A stretch of DNA of 64,000 nucleotides. Origin: Eledone cirrhosa (taxonomy: Eukaryota). The position numbers and the translations under genes are program-made. The stretch covers positions 12,772,001 through 12,836,000 of the forward strand of contig OZ024746.1 in assembly GCA_964016885.1 (NCBI GenBank), given 5' to 3'. The stretch's first letter is position 1. Every line of letters begins with the position of its first letter. Shown piece by piece: positions 24,966 to 38,643 of this stretch. The notes under the pieces were generated by a model. The model ran no database searches and had not been told where the DNA came from. It saw nothing but the letters and a program-made list of their open reading frames with translations.

Positions 24966-26845
24966 AATAAGATGATCAGAGTTCAATAGATCTACAATAG
25001 AAATATGTGTTGACAAAATATTAAACAACACCCTACAACAATATAAATGTATGGGGCATTTGGTTTTTGAGGGGGTCCTTTAACTATTTTACATAGATTT
25101 ATCAGACACATTTGACTAAATCGTTAGGATCATTATTGACCAACCAAAATACTAACAATGCTGCTTAGTATCAACATCATATTTAAATTTCACTAACTCA
25201 TGCCATCTAGCTGTAAACAGGATACATGCAAAATTATAGTTCATTTGTATATAACTTATTTTAACTCTTTAACGTTTACATTACTCAATATTTACCATTA
25301 TAATTTCACAGTAATATTGAATCTATGAGATTTTGATATTTTCAATATGAGCGACCGGTTACAGCCAGTTTGAATAGAAAGAGGTGAGAGAATTCTGGCT
25401 AGATATGGCCAGTTGAAGTGTTAAACTTACAATGCTGTGAAAATGTCCTAAATTACCTGTTTGATTGTGCAACTTGTTTTTATCACATGTTGGTCTGTCA
25501 CATATTTATGTGAAAAAAGCTGTGACTTATACTATTATATATGACAATTTTTGTTTTTAATAAAATATTCATAGTTGCACAGGGAGGACTTTTGCAGTTT
25601 GTTTATTTTTGGTGAGATGTTTTTGTTATTTTTTGCTTTAATTTAATGAAAAAATAAATTCCTTTATATTAATAGCTAAAAAAGAAAATCTTTAATTTGG
25701 TGTAAAAAAAAAACCTTTACAGGAAGACAGTTTGTATCATTTCAAGAAACTAACCTAACCTAACATAATATTAGATTAGCTTCAGGTTTGATTAGTTTAT
25801 TTGTAATATGATACACAAAATACTTACATTACAAAATCATTTCTTTATATTAATTGTGATAGTAATAACAGCCTACATCTGAGTACATTGTGTTCCAAAT
25901 ACATATTTCTGGAGCATCTAAAAGTATAAAAACATTAATTGGTGGTTAGTGAATTTTGTACTTTTCTATAATAAGATTACATTTTCATGAATCATGCATT
26001 TGGACTCAAGATTTGTTCACTTACACTCTTTGATCATAACCATAATCCTTTTTACATCTTTTCCAGGACATCTTATTGTACCCCTTCGTCATCTCTTCTG
26101 TGAGGTTCATTGTTTTAAGATCTACTCTCACCATGTTTGCTCAGGTTTTCCTTGGTCTTCCTCTACCACAGCTTCCCTCCACTTGCAACTCTTAGCACTT
26201 CTTCACCCAATGATCATCATTCATTCATATCAGCAAGACAAGGTCAGACGACAGGACTGCCCACAACAGGACAACCCGTCTAACCCATGCTAGCGTCGAA
26301 GAACGGACGTAAAACGGTGATGTTATGAGAAGAGGGTAGACAAACAGTTATTAAGAATTACAATTGAGGACGTTTTCAGCAGGATACAAACTATATATGG
26401 ATAATAACAGTTGAAAGCATTGCAATGTAAGAATAGCAACAGACAATTGTTACATTGACCTCAATAAACTAATTGTGAGGGCTGAATGGATTTGGATAGG
26501 ATAATGTCGACAACTCTTCCATCATACCATTCCAGGGTTTAACTTGACAACAAATGGTACAATTGAGGTTATGTTAACATGTTAACATACTCACTATGTA
26601 TTATCTAAAAAAATTCACTACATCCGAATGAAATCATCATCATCGTTTTTACATCCACATTTCCATGCTTGCATGGGTTGGACAGGCAGCATTTTGGCTG
26701 GGTTTTACTGGCTGGATGCCCTTCATAGTACCAACCACTTTACAGCGTGGACTGGATGCACTGTTCATGCCACCAACACTAGAGAGGTTTTACCAGAGTT
26801 AAGGGTCCTCTACACCCTGTAAAAATATTTCCCTGTATCAAGCAT

Positions 26846-28075
26846 GATTATAATAATAATAATAATGACATTATTGTGTACAGTGCTCAGGTGCACTACA
26901 ACTCATCAAAGGTGCATGTATAGTACATAGAATAATGTACAAATGTCAGGAAAATTAACAGTGTACGAGTCATGATATAATAATAATAACAATAATGAAA
27001 TATTGTGTACAGTGCCCAGGTGCACCACAACTCATCAAAAAAGTGCATGTACAGTACATAGGGCAATGCACAAATATCAGTAAAATGAACAGTGCACGAG
27101 TCATGATACACACATGTGTGCATGTGTATGGAAGGGGTACATCAGGTGTAGTTTTGGCGTATTTCGGGAAACATGAGTGTCTTAAAGGATGCAGTGTCTC
27201 GGCAGCTAACAATTGACGCAGGCAGTTTGTTCCATGCTTCAGCAACTCTGAGCGTGAAAAAATGTCTACGAAAGTTATGGGAGCTGTGCTGTTTTCTGAT
27301 CTTGTAGGCATGTCCACGTGTGTTAGACACATGGAGATCAAAGAGGCGCTCAGGGTTGCAATTGGCGAGATGGCTAAAAACTTTGTGGGTATTCACCAAG
27401 TCCATTGCCAGACGTCGGAGCTTCAATGAATCCATGCCCAGGGAAGCAAGGCGTTCAGAGTATGGTAGGTGTCTGATGGATGGTATGCGCTTGGTTGCAC
27501 ATCTCTGAACAGTTTCCAGGAGGTCAATGTTTTGAGCAAGATAGGGGTTCCAGACTGATGATGCGAATTCCAAGTGTGGTCGTACCATAGCTGTATACAG
27601 TTTTAAATAGATGGCTGGAGAGCGGCTAACAAAGGTCTTGCTGAGTGATGCCAAGACACCCTCGGCCTTCTTGACAATCTTAGAGACATGCTTTGTCCAA
27701 CGCAAATCGTTGCTGACAGTAATGCCCAGGTCACGTTCACAAGAGGACTTTTTGATATCAGTGTTGTGGAGGGAGTATGTGGACGCTGGATTTTTCCTTC
27801 CAAAATGCATGGTGGTACACTTGTCCACAGCCAGCTTCAGTTGCCAGTCTGTGATCCATTGCTGCATTGTGTCCAGGTCTGATTGTAGGAAAGAGTTGTA
27901 AATTTCAGGATCAGTCCTTTTGATTTCAAGGTACAGCTTGATGTCATCTGCATATTTTAGTACCGTGGCATTCTGTAAGTTGGCATCTATGTCGTTAATA
28001 TATGCCACAAACAAAAGAGGACCAAGAACAGATCCCTGTGGTACACCAGATGACATCTCATATGAACCATTATCT
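26846..28075 (-). mobile_element. 5'-truncated CR1-type LINE with open RT C-terminal ORF and doubled 3' end
   Basis: SGVPQGSVLGPLLF, YADD, ERDLG, LYTAMVRPHLE, TRGH, AWNKLP in ORF 27142-28146 (homology begins near 28070). 3' UTR with GTGC-loop-GCAC stem and (att)n tail at about 26977-27035; a second 3' end at 26846-26977. Confidence 0.93.
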
Positions 28076-29125
28076 ACTGAACCACAACATTTCATAAAGG
28101 AAACATCACCTGCACTATACTCACTGAGAACATATTGATCGTACACACGTCAGTGATAGCTGCAATGATGAATTCTATTATTTATTCGGTTGCTAAACCA
28201 CTGTACCACAGAATATTATCTTTAAGTAATGTATCAAGATCAGTTTATACTAATAGTACAACTTACAGCTCAGTATTATAACTCCTGATAGAGTTATAGA
28301 GGAGCTATTGTGACATGCTACTAGGGTACTTTAAACCTGACAGAGAACAGCCCCTCTCCAGGTTTGAACTCAGTCAATTTCTTCCAAAGTAGGGTAGAGA
28401 GAATGACAGAAAATGCGAAAGAAATATGGAAGAACTGACTCCAATACAGGTCAGGTACTTCTTTTTTTATTGATCTCCAAAGGATGAAAGGCAAAGTTGA
28501 CTTTGGTGGGATTTGAACAGAGATCACAGAGAGATGGAAAAAATACCACAAAGCATGCTTAGGGTTCTTTAAACCTGAACACAGCTGATTTCTTCCAGAG
28601 GAAAGAGAGGTGGAGAAAAATGGTGGGAGAAAGGAAGTGAGAAAGAGGAAGAATTGACCCAGTACTAATCTAGTACTTTTTTTATTGGCCTTAAAAGGAT
28701 GAAAAGCAAATCTGACTTCAGCGGGATTTGAACTCAGAGAATGCAGAGAGAGCCAGAACAAATACTGCAAGATGTTCTAACAACTCTGCCGAGAACTATA
28801 TACTTCATACAACAAAAGTAAACAGTTGTTTTTCAGTAAAATATTGGCATGTGTCCAATAGGTGAATGATTCTGTTGCTAAATAGATATAAGATTAGTAC
28901 TATCATGCTATCTCTGGAGAAAACACATGCATAAAATCACATACACACACGTGTGCAAAAAAAAACACATGCAAACACACACAGACCACACAAAATTAAA
29001 CCCACATAAAGAAGAAGCAACAAATATTAAACAAAATATACCCCCAAACAAATACTTCATAAGTGACCTAGAAAACAGTTGACTTGGATGAGTAAGGTTA
29101 ACATATTTCTAAAGTGAAAGTGAAC

Positions 29126-29162
<37 letters not shown>

Positions 29163-29411
29163 TGTAAAGTAGTGATTGGAAGGATCTGAAATCAGGAAAA
29201 CTATAACCTACAAAACTATAACCAGGAGCTGGTTTCAAACAGAGATGGTGAATCATCATCATCATCATCATTTAACATCCATTTTCCACGCTAGCATGGG
29301 TTAGATGGGCTGTCCCATTTGAGGCAAGTTGGGTTGAGTGACCGTGTCCTACTCAAATAGAACTGTTTCTGGCTAGGTTTCTACAGCTGGATGCCCTTCC
29401 TAATGCTAACG

Positions 29412-30022
29412 ACATTTAGTGTGGACTGGGTGCTTTTTGTCGTGACACCTACACAACCACTTTACAGTGTGGGCTGGACACTTTTTGTCGTGACACCTAC
29501 ACAACCACTTTACAGTGTGGGCTGGGCACTTTTTGTCGTGACACCTACACAACCACTTTACAGTGTGGACTGGGCACTTTTTGTCGTGACACCTACACAA
29601 CCACTTTACAGTGTGGACTGGGCACTTTTTGTCGTGACACCAACACAACCACTTTACAGTGTGGGCTGGGCACTTTTTGTCGTGACACCTACACAACCAC
29701 TTTACAGTGTGGACTGAGCACTTTTTGTCGTGACACCAACACAACCACTTTACAGTGTGGACTGGGCACTTTTTGTCGTGACACCTACACAACCACTTTA
29801 CAGTGTGGACTGGGCACTTTTTGTCGTGACACCTACACAACCACTTTACAGTGTGGACTGGGCACTTTTTGTCGTGTCACCTACATAACCACTTTACAGT
29901 GTGGACTGGGCACTTTTTGTCGTGACACCTACACAACCACTTTACAGTGTGGACTGGGCACTTTTTGTCGTGTCACCTACACAACCACTTTACAGTGTGG
30001 ACTGGGCACTTTTTGTCGTGTC
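29412..30022. repeat. 48-bp minisatellite (about 12.5 units) amplified from the inside of the RTE-tailed SINE
   Basis: Unit accactttacagtgtggactgggcactttttgtcgtgacacctacaca follows directly on ctacagctggatgcccttcctaatgc of a SINE copy starting near 29250. Confidence 0.93.
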
Positions 30023-30989
30023 ATATTCACGACTACAGAAAGTTTAAGGTGAGGTGCATCAACTATCAACTGGACTGTTGCCTGTCTCTCATCAAACAGC
30101 TTCCTTTACATCTATGATACAGATATTCAAATGCCCATTATATCAAACCTGAAACAACAAACTCTAATCATCATCACCATTTAATATCCTTTTTCTATGC
30201 TAGCATGGGGGAGACAAGTTGTCTCATTGTGAGACAAGCCAGATCAGATGACCATGTTTTGCTCACACAGAACTGTTTCTGGCTTTGTTTCTACGGCCGG
30301 ATGCCCTTCCTAACACCAACTTTTTGTTAGGCACCAACAGTAGCACCTTAAAGAATGAACAGGGTGATTTTTATCAAGGCACCAACACTACCTAATTACA
30401 GCACCAGTGTGTCAGGCCGAGGAGTGATGGAATGTAAAAATATATAATATACAAATAACAAAAATGGTAAACAAAAAATAATAAGTACATGAATTACAAT
30501 AATGATACCAAGTATAGATACTAAATTTGTAAACAGGGGGAGATATTGCAATGCAAATGACCAATGAGAAGATTATTAGAGTTGTAAGTTGAGGGGGTTT
30601 AGAAAGAGCAAGGACTAAGGCTGGTCAAGAAACCTACTTAATATATTGTGGATTGGGGATGGGGAGGGGAGAAGAGAAAAAGAAATGAGGCCGAAGGGAC
30701 GAGAAATGATAAGATATTGTTGAAAAGTTATAAATTAAATTGGGGAATAAAGTGTTAGGTTTTATCTCAACAGAGGGGACAAATGGGCACCAAGACGAAT
30801 AAAGGTGGTGAGAAGGAGGGGAGGGAGGGTGGTGTAAGGAGTGAGTATTTCAAGTAGAGTGGATACAGAGACACAGGATCCAATCCTATGCTAGTCATGG
30901 TGATATTTAGCAAAGGTTTTTAATGCCTTATGTTGGCAGTTAAAGAGAGTTCAACAGATCTAATCCAGTCATAATTTCAGAACACCCAC

Positions 30990-31342
30990 CTCCACTGCTA
31001 ATTTGGTTACCCAGGTAGCAGAACCTGTCTACTGCTTCTACCAAACCATCCCAGAATTTGATAGCAGTTGTTTCCTATGGACGTTTGCTGCTTACTGCTT
31101 CAGTGCAACGGATACATGTAAAACCTATATTCATAGCTAAATTTCCAGAGATCCCACTACATTTCTTGTGTATCCATAGTTTGCATTTGGGATAGAGGAT
31201 GGAATTTCTGCCTACACCATTCCTACTCTCTGAGCAAGGTCATTTCCCCGAGGGGATCAGGGTTGTTTTCTCTTCTACTTACTACAACCTTAGTCTTTGT
31301 CAGTTTGACTTTAAGACCCTTTGTTTCTAGGCCCTGCTTCCA
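30990..31342 (-). mobile_element. Degraded RTE fragment covering the PHD region
   Basis: Reverse complement encodes PSGK*PCSE..GVGRNSILYPKCKLWIHKKCSGI, homologous to 12150-12300. Confidence 0.8.
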
Positions 31343-32329
31343 TTATATATATATAATTAATAGATAGATAGATAGATGTTTTCTCATTAATGTCCATGGT
31401 ACTGAAAACAGTGTTATATATCTTTAGAATGCTGGTATAATTTTAAAACTTCAGACAAAACTTTGCAAGAACGAAAACAACCAGGATGAATATCTTGCCA
31501 ATGTGTTAAGAAAAGATATTCATTTTAATATTTTTAATTTATCACCTTTTATTATTTTTTTCATCTCCAAATGTTTGTTTGTTGTCATAAGAGATCTAAA
31601 CTTATGTGAAAACAAAGAAAAATAAACAATAACAAGATAGACAAAAGTGTTCCTTGTAAATTTCTGATACTGAAAACAGAGTTATACTAATATCATCAGA
31701 ATGCAGCCATATTTTTAAAACTTCTGATAAAATTTTGTAGGAATGAAAACAACTAAGATTGATACCTTGCTACTCAACATCCCTCCACCTACTTTTATAA
31801 AGGTTGCCTCCTCTCTCTCCCATAAAATCCTGAATAAATAAGAATGTACAAAGTAAACAGACTCCATAAGCTGTGTAGAAGACACTCTAATTAGACAAAA
31901 TCATGATTACACAAAACTGCACAGGGTAGGCATGAACCATAAGCCACAGCAAAGGCAATCTGTTTAGAAGAGCAGTCTCTCAGAGTAAATCTGATACAGT
32001 GTCAAGATTCTTATGTCCTGACAAACAACCTCTCCAGTACTGGTGGCATGATAAAATGCACCCAGTCTATGATGTTGGTGATAGAAAGGACATCTAGTAA
32101 GGAAAATCATGCTAAAACCATAACTAGCACAACTGGTTGCATATACAGTGGACTAACACTAACCCTGGTAGTGCTGCACACATTAGCAGGGTGGCTGACC
32201 CAGCCTTGAGTGAGAACCTATTGACAGTTGTGAAGCAGTCACACATTCCTTTTCAAGTAGAGAAAGCTGTGGCCAAAAGATAGTCCAGTCACAACTGGAT
32301 ATATCCTTCCTGTAAGGTACCACATTTCA

Positions 32330-33010
32330 GAGCTGCCACCATTAATGTTGGCACAATGAAAAGTAGGTTGAGCAAATTGTGGGGTTGCTGGTGAAGAGAC
32401 AAGTCGATGTGTGTTGTGTACAAGAGGTGAGATAGCTAGGAACTTCAGTCAGACTCCTCACAGGCAAAGTGTACATATATAAGCTCTTCTGGATAGGAAA
32501 TGATGATGAAGCAGGCATCATTTGCTAGCTGAGAAGTAGATAGATAATATAATTGAGGTAAAGTTTGTGAAAGAGTTATCAAGTTTAGAATTGTCAGTCA
32601 ATAGAATGACAGTTATCTCCACTTATGCAGCACAATCTGGTCCAAGTAATGAACAAAATAACTTCTATGAGGACCTCCTACAGATGACTTCAATAACAGA
32701 TGACAGTGACTTTATCATCCTGGCTGTTATGAGACATGTTAATGAGACATGTTAATGAGAAACAGGGCAGCTATTCTAGAATACTATGGATATTGCTCAA
32801 GAAATGAAAAGGGATCAAGGCTCCTAGAATTCTGTGATGCAAATGACTTAAAGAAAACCAGCCAATCAGACAAATATTCAAGCCAGTTTGACATTAGTGA
32901 ACAAGATAGATAGGTAATTATGAATGCCAAGTATTTTCCTGGAGAAGTATGTACTATCCAACATTACTAGCAATCTCAGGATAACAAAATAAAATAAAAA
33001 ATGCAGACCA
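32330..33010 (+). mobile_element. Degraded RTE endonuclease fragment
   Basis: INVGTMKSR, VDVCCVQEV, KLFWIGND, ISTYAAQSG, RNEKGSRLLEFCDANDL with stops and frameshifts. Confidence 0.8.
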
Positions 33011-33576
33011 ATGTGAGGTACGGAGTAGAAACTAAAAGAACCTTTTGTTAAATAAAGATTTAGAAAAATGTTATGTGATGCTTATGGAGGGGGAGATGGA
33101 ATCATATGACACAGAGTAATTGAAAACATTTACAGGACAACCTGTTGCTGGCGACAGACGAGATCTGGAGTAAGATACCACCCAGATTAAAGGTGATTTG
33201 GTAGTGGAATAATTGTGAACCAGAAAAGCTAAGGACATACAATGACCAAAATGACACCCTCTTCGATTTCGTAATTGACTTTTTTCTAGAAAAAAGTAGG
33301 GGTGGATTTTCCGTTTTCTGTGCAAAAAAAGTTGATCATGAGCATCTAGGTGGTTAGACTAGTTGATAGCACACGGAAGAATAATTTTTAAAAAAAAAAG
33401 GGGGGGGGGGGGGGGGCACAGAAATTAATATTGCTATATCAACATTGCCTTAATTTATTTTAAATTATTGCTATAGTATTATTGGTCTAACTACAGTTTA
33501 GTGAGTGCTCTGTGCCACATTGAAAAGAAAGTTTATACAATTACTTGGAAATGAAGAAGAAAATATAATACTTTCT

Positions 33577-33894
33577 GGATTGGCAGTATCGGTAGAGGAT
33601 CAGACGCCATGCTTTGCCGCATAGAGTTACGGTCCTTTATGATCTGAGTTCAAATCCCGCCGAGGTTAACTTTGCCTTTCATCCTTACGGGGTCGATAAA
33701 ATAAAGTACCAGTAATGCACTGGGGATAATTGCTGGCCTTGTGACAAAAGTAGAAACAATTATTAATAGAATAAAATAGTTTTATAAATAATTGTTTCTA
33801 CTTTAGGCACAAGGCCAGCAATTACCCAGTGCATTACTGGTACTTTATTTTATCGACCCCGTAAGGATGAAAGGCAAAGTAAACCTCGGCGGGA
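33577..33894. mobile_element. Tail-to-tail pair of Nin-domain SINEs forming an inverted repeat of about 108 bp
   Basis: 33656-33764 and 33787-33894 are near-perfect reverse complements with a spacer of about 22 nt. Confidence 0.9.
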
Positions 33895-34085
33895 TGTTAC
33901 AAATTGTTTATAATTCTTACAGAATCAAAATATAAACACAAATAATCTATCTAGGGCAGGTAAAATTCCCGAGTAATATATACATTTAATTATTGCTAGG
34001 ATCCTTATAAATATATAATCAAAGCGAGGGGAAAACAAACATCAATTCACCACTAAGTGTGTCAATTGGCCGCCCACTAAAAGGG

Positions 34086-35300
34086 TCATTGGAAATTTTT
34101 GAGGCAAGCCAACACGCTCTCAGCATTACCGTGGGTGATGGCGAGGCTAAGGCGCTGAAACAACCACATGCATCTCACGTGCATCACCTAACACCTCGTA
34201 AGGCGAGCCACTAACGATGACAAGAACTTTGTTGTCAGTGGCCCAACTCCATCAAACGTCTTGAACGCCACAGGCTGGAAAAAAAAAAAGTTAATAGTTC
34301 CCGGTATTTTAGGATTTTATTTCATTCGGCTTCGGTAGTGGTGGCCCTCACATTTGCCATGGCACCCAGGATGTGGGAGGGAGCAAAAGAGTCACTGACT
34401 GAGGCGTCCCAGATGAAACATCGACCTCTTACCCAGGGACAAAGGGAAAGACCATCTGGTCTCTTTCCATCAATTCTGAATAATCCAGCCGGCTCCAGAA
34501 CTTGGGGGATATTTACCCGAGCTAGAGCCCGCTTAATGATCAGGTTTAGCTCAGTGTGACGGGCTGAGCGACCAGCATCCAAGCGGCAGGACAAACAATG
34601 GAGACCTGTGAATTCGAGTCCTATCACAGCGACATCTCAGACCCCCCCCCCACACACACACACACACATCAGCTCTCACTCTGAGTCAATGGGGATGAGG
34701 AGCTCCTCCAGACTGAGAAGACCACCAATGCTGGCCACGAGCAGGGCATCAACCCAGTCCCCCGAGAATTTTGGGCTTGCAAAAAGTAGGCGACACCTTG
34801 AAAATTGATCAGATTAATCCAAAAGAGAGTTAAAGGTGTCGCTGGAACGCAGATTGTTCCATACTCTCTACTTCCGTCTATCCTCGTCAGTATTAGTAGG
34901 ATGTCGCCTACTAAAAGGGAAAACCATGGATGCGAGAAAGAAAGTAAGGTAGAGACAGAGATGAGCATTTACGCAGACCGAGACCTCCATTGGCAAGGCA
35001 GCCTGGTCACGGAACTCTGGAGAGAGTCTGACATTGACCAAGCATTGAGTTCACTGAAGATTAAGTTGTCAAAGCGATGGCGAGATGACGAGAATCTATA
35101 AGAGGGACTAACTCTGAGGAAATATAATTTAGAAATCAACAAGTAATTCCTAAGTATAAAAAAAAGAACCTTGATGAGGTTCAATAGCCTCAAGGTTTTT
35201 CAAAAGTTGCTGGAGGTTAGCCAACTTGGATCGAAAGATGGAGTCGAAGGCTTGGTCAGTAATTGGAGTTCCAAGGGAACACCACACTGATGAGGGAGGA
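34086..35300 (-). mobile_element. CRE-clade (RLE) non-LTR retrotransposon, 3' part, degraded
   Basis: GLHCLSC...RHTELNLIIKRAL...LEP.GL...DGKRPDGLSLCPW..GR...WDASVSDSFAPSH...EAE, then WLFQRLSLAITHGNA to a stop near 34086; upstream LGTPI and AWS..RLP motifs. Confidence 0.8.
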
Positions 35301-36840
35301 ACCGCGATAGAGGGGGGGGGGGGGGGGGTCGTGATAGTGGGGAAGGAATCTGTAAATGGGTTTACAGTCTGATTGTACCTCCATTTCTCAATTGCTAGGA
35401 ACCTCACAACATATCGTTTGATAAATTGAAAGTGACACATTATAATCAAACCTTGCAGAATATATTTTTATATACAATTATTTATTTTATACGTTAAATT
35501 TTTTTTATTTTTTATTTAAATATAATATTTGAAGAATTATTATTTCTTTCATCAGAAATGTTAATGACATCCACGTTTGTACTGTATTCTGTTTTAGTTT
35601 TTTTGTTTCTAGTTTCTATTTGTATTTTCCTTTTGAGCAGTTATGTGAAGGAGCGCTATGAAGAATTATATGTACTTATATTTTGTATATATCTTTGAAC
35701 GGGGTACATCTTCACCTCCACCCCAAACACACCAGAACGACTTTAGGTAATTTTCTATTATGAAATTCCCGGATGGGGGGGGGGGGCACACGAGACATTT
35801 GCAACAGTTTTGAAGGCCATATTCGTTTATAACATTAAAAAATCATAAGAAAAATATCAATTTCACCTTCAAAACTTTTAACGAAACCTATCAACTAACG
35901 ACCCACACATTTTTAATTGCTATTATACCCGTATCCGATGTAATAGTAAAAGTTCACTCGACTTTATATTTAAATAATAATAATAATAATGAAATTATTG
36001 TGTAAAGTGCTCAGGTGCACTACAACTCGTCAATATAGTACATAGAATAATACACAAATGTCAGGGAAGTACATGTGTGTATGTGTTAGCTGTTCTGTTG
36101 GCGGATTTGATAAAGTACATATGAATGCGAGTGGTTATTAAATTAAAAACTGAGTACAATTCAATAGAAATAACACAAATAATAATGGGAGGACTGGAAA
36201 TTGAAGCAAACTAAGTAAGTATACTTTGGCGAATTTGTATCATAGATAATTACCTAATTTAAACAACATACATAAATAGTACAGTTGGGCAAAACGCCAA
36301 CACACCTACGCAAGGTAACCAGCATACTACAGCAGATAGATGCAATTTTGTCAAACACTTATTATTTCTGTTATTAGTATTATTATTTATAGAGTAGGAG
36401 AAAGGTAAGAGTTTTGCAGTATTTGTTCCGGCGCTTTGCGTTCTGAGTTCAAATCACGTTGAGGTCAAGTGTACTGGGATTGATGTAATCGACTTTCCTC
36501 TCTCTCCTCAAAATTGCTGGCCTTCTACCTAAATTAGAAATCTTTTTTTTTTTTATATACGTTTAGTTAAACTCAAAGCTCAACTTTATTATTGCAGGAT
36601 ATAACATTAAGGGTATTTAGCAAAGTATGTTAAAAGAAGTGCCTAAAATCGGGAATTGAAACCAGGTAGAAGATTAGATTAGCCAAGAATGTGCAATCCA
36701 GGACAGTTGAGAACATCTGCAAGCAATAACAATCATGACAACAATAATTTTTCTTTTGAGGTTAATTATTTCTAACGAATTATTCCCCTTTAAACAGATA
36801 CTTCAATAAACTTAACTATAATTTAATCTCTTTTTTTGGT

Positions 36841-37418
36841 TTCTTCATAACTTTCTTAGTAATGAATATTTTAAAAAGAAATTTTGCCGCGATACGTTTT
36901 CGAATGTGTAGACAACGTGTATGTTGGTGAATTTTTTAAAAATGAAAGTTATCTTTTTTCCTGCAACTCATTGTTGTAGAAATGACAATACATTTCTGTT
37001 TTGTTTTGTGGAATTTTAATTCTTTCTTATCCAGGATTATCAACATGAAACTGGAAGGCATGATGAAAACAAATGTCCGTGTTTCGAAAGTAATGAAAAT
37101 AATTATTTTAGAGCACCCCATCACAAAAATGTTTTTTTTTAAATTTCCTTTACATTTTCTTTAATATTGCAACATTAAAAGAATATATCCTTCTGAAAGA
37201 ATCGCGAGCAATTTATAATGTTATCTAAGCATTTGTAATGTTATTTATGTATATATTTAAAACATATTTATGTTATTCTACTGTAAATTTATTTATATGC
37301 TTTGTAAAATAAAAATTTAGAAACTTTAAAGAAAATCAAATAAAAATCTACACCTTCGAAGACGCGTTTCTGCAAAATTTCATAAAAATGTATTTATTAT
37401 TAAGAAAGTTATGAGCAA
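36841..37418. mobile_element. Old non-autonomous DNA element with imperfect inverted repeats of about 72 bp
   Basis: tcataactttcttagtaatgaatatttt...gaaattttgc...ttcgaatgtgtaga (36841-36912) versus tctacaccttcgaa...gcaaaatttc...aaaatgtatttattattaagaaagttatga (37347-37418). Confidence 0.6.
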
Positions 37419-38001
37419 ACAAAGTTAGGTTTGGAGTCATTAAACTGTAATTATCTTTACCTTTCAATCGTTTTCACTGTGTAACTTCCCAGTGAACGAA
37501 ATGGTAAATGGAAAATAAAGAAAATACTTACATCAGGCAAAATAGATACTGTTGGTGAAAAGAGCTAAACTATGTTAAATATTCGTGTATCCCTTAGAAG
37601 AATAGTGCAGCAAAGCAGGCACTAAATCGATTAACAAGTCAAGTCAAACTTATATAGAAATATAAACGTATGTCCTTGGAATTCAAAAGCTATAAAGTCT
37701 GAGTTTTAAAAAACACTAAGTAGAAATTAATGCTTTAAATTAGGAAAGGTTCGTGAACAATTCGATTTTTACGAACCCTCTCTACAATGATTTCACTTTC
37801 GTTTTCAGTATGAGCTTGGGAATAATCAAAACTAAAAGTTATTACACTTACGGAGGGAGGGAGGGTCTTGCTGCCTATAAAAAAATAAACAAAAAACTAA
37901 CTAATTCTATTTTAATGTCATCACACTAATATTTCACAGAGAGAGAGAGAGAGACCATGATCAGCTAAGTACTCGATACTTAGGAAAGTAGAGTATACGG
38001 A

Positions 38002-38067
38002 TAGTGGTCCAACGATTGGGCTCACGCCGTTTCAACGACTAGTGGATAGCCCAACCGCTGGACACTA
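38002..38067. repeat. Small imperfect hairpin / mini-MITE
   Basis: tagtggtccaacgattgggct ... agcccaaccgctggacacta. Confidence 0.6.
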
Positions 38068-38072
38068 ACTTT

Positions 38073-38115
<43 letters not shown>

Positions 38116-38610
38116 TTACAGTTGGCCTTGTGCCTAAATCAGATACCAATATTTAAATTACAGTACTGTATCTCCTGAGGTAGTCGTAGGGACGCCATAT
38201 CGACATACAACGTTTCTAGGGAATTTTTAAAACTGACTGACCCCATCTCCTCTCTGAATACAGTAAATTTCTTCCAGGGAAGGATAGAGAGAATGAGAGA
38301 ATAGAAATGAGAAAGAGATATAGAGGAAGAATCGAAATCCCAATACTAGACTGGTACTTTTTTTATCGACCTCGAATAGATGAAAGGCAAAGTTGACCTC
38401 GGCGGGATTTGGACTCAGAGAGCAGAGAATCGAAACAAATACCGACGTTCTAAACACTGCCCATCGCCGCATATGTAAAAAAAAAAATTATTATTTTTGT
38501 TAGTCATCGTAGAAACGTGTAATAAGAATAAAATGTCATTCTTGGATTCCTGCATGTTGTCGACTTCGATTAACGCACCTTACCAAAAATTATATTCGAT
38601 TATTCCACTA

Positions 38611-38643
<33 letters not shown>

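Noticed and set aside
24603-24989. 128-aa + strand ORF
   Set aside because: Antisense shadow of the minus-strand ORF, with a non-ATG start.
29406-29840. Metallothionein-like CRCHDKKCPVHTVKWL repeat ORF
   Set aside because: Translation of the SINE-derived 48-bp minisatellite.
35510-35562. Possible third hammerhead on the minus strand (CUGAUGA-AAGAA...UUCUU-CAAA)
   Set aside because: G12 of GAAA is missing and stems I and III are unconvincing in very AT-rich sequence.
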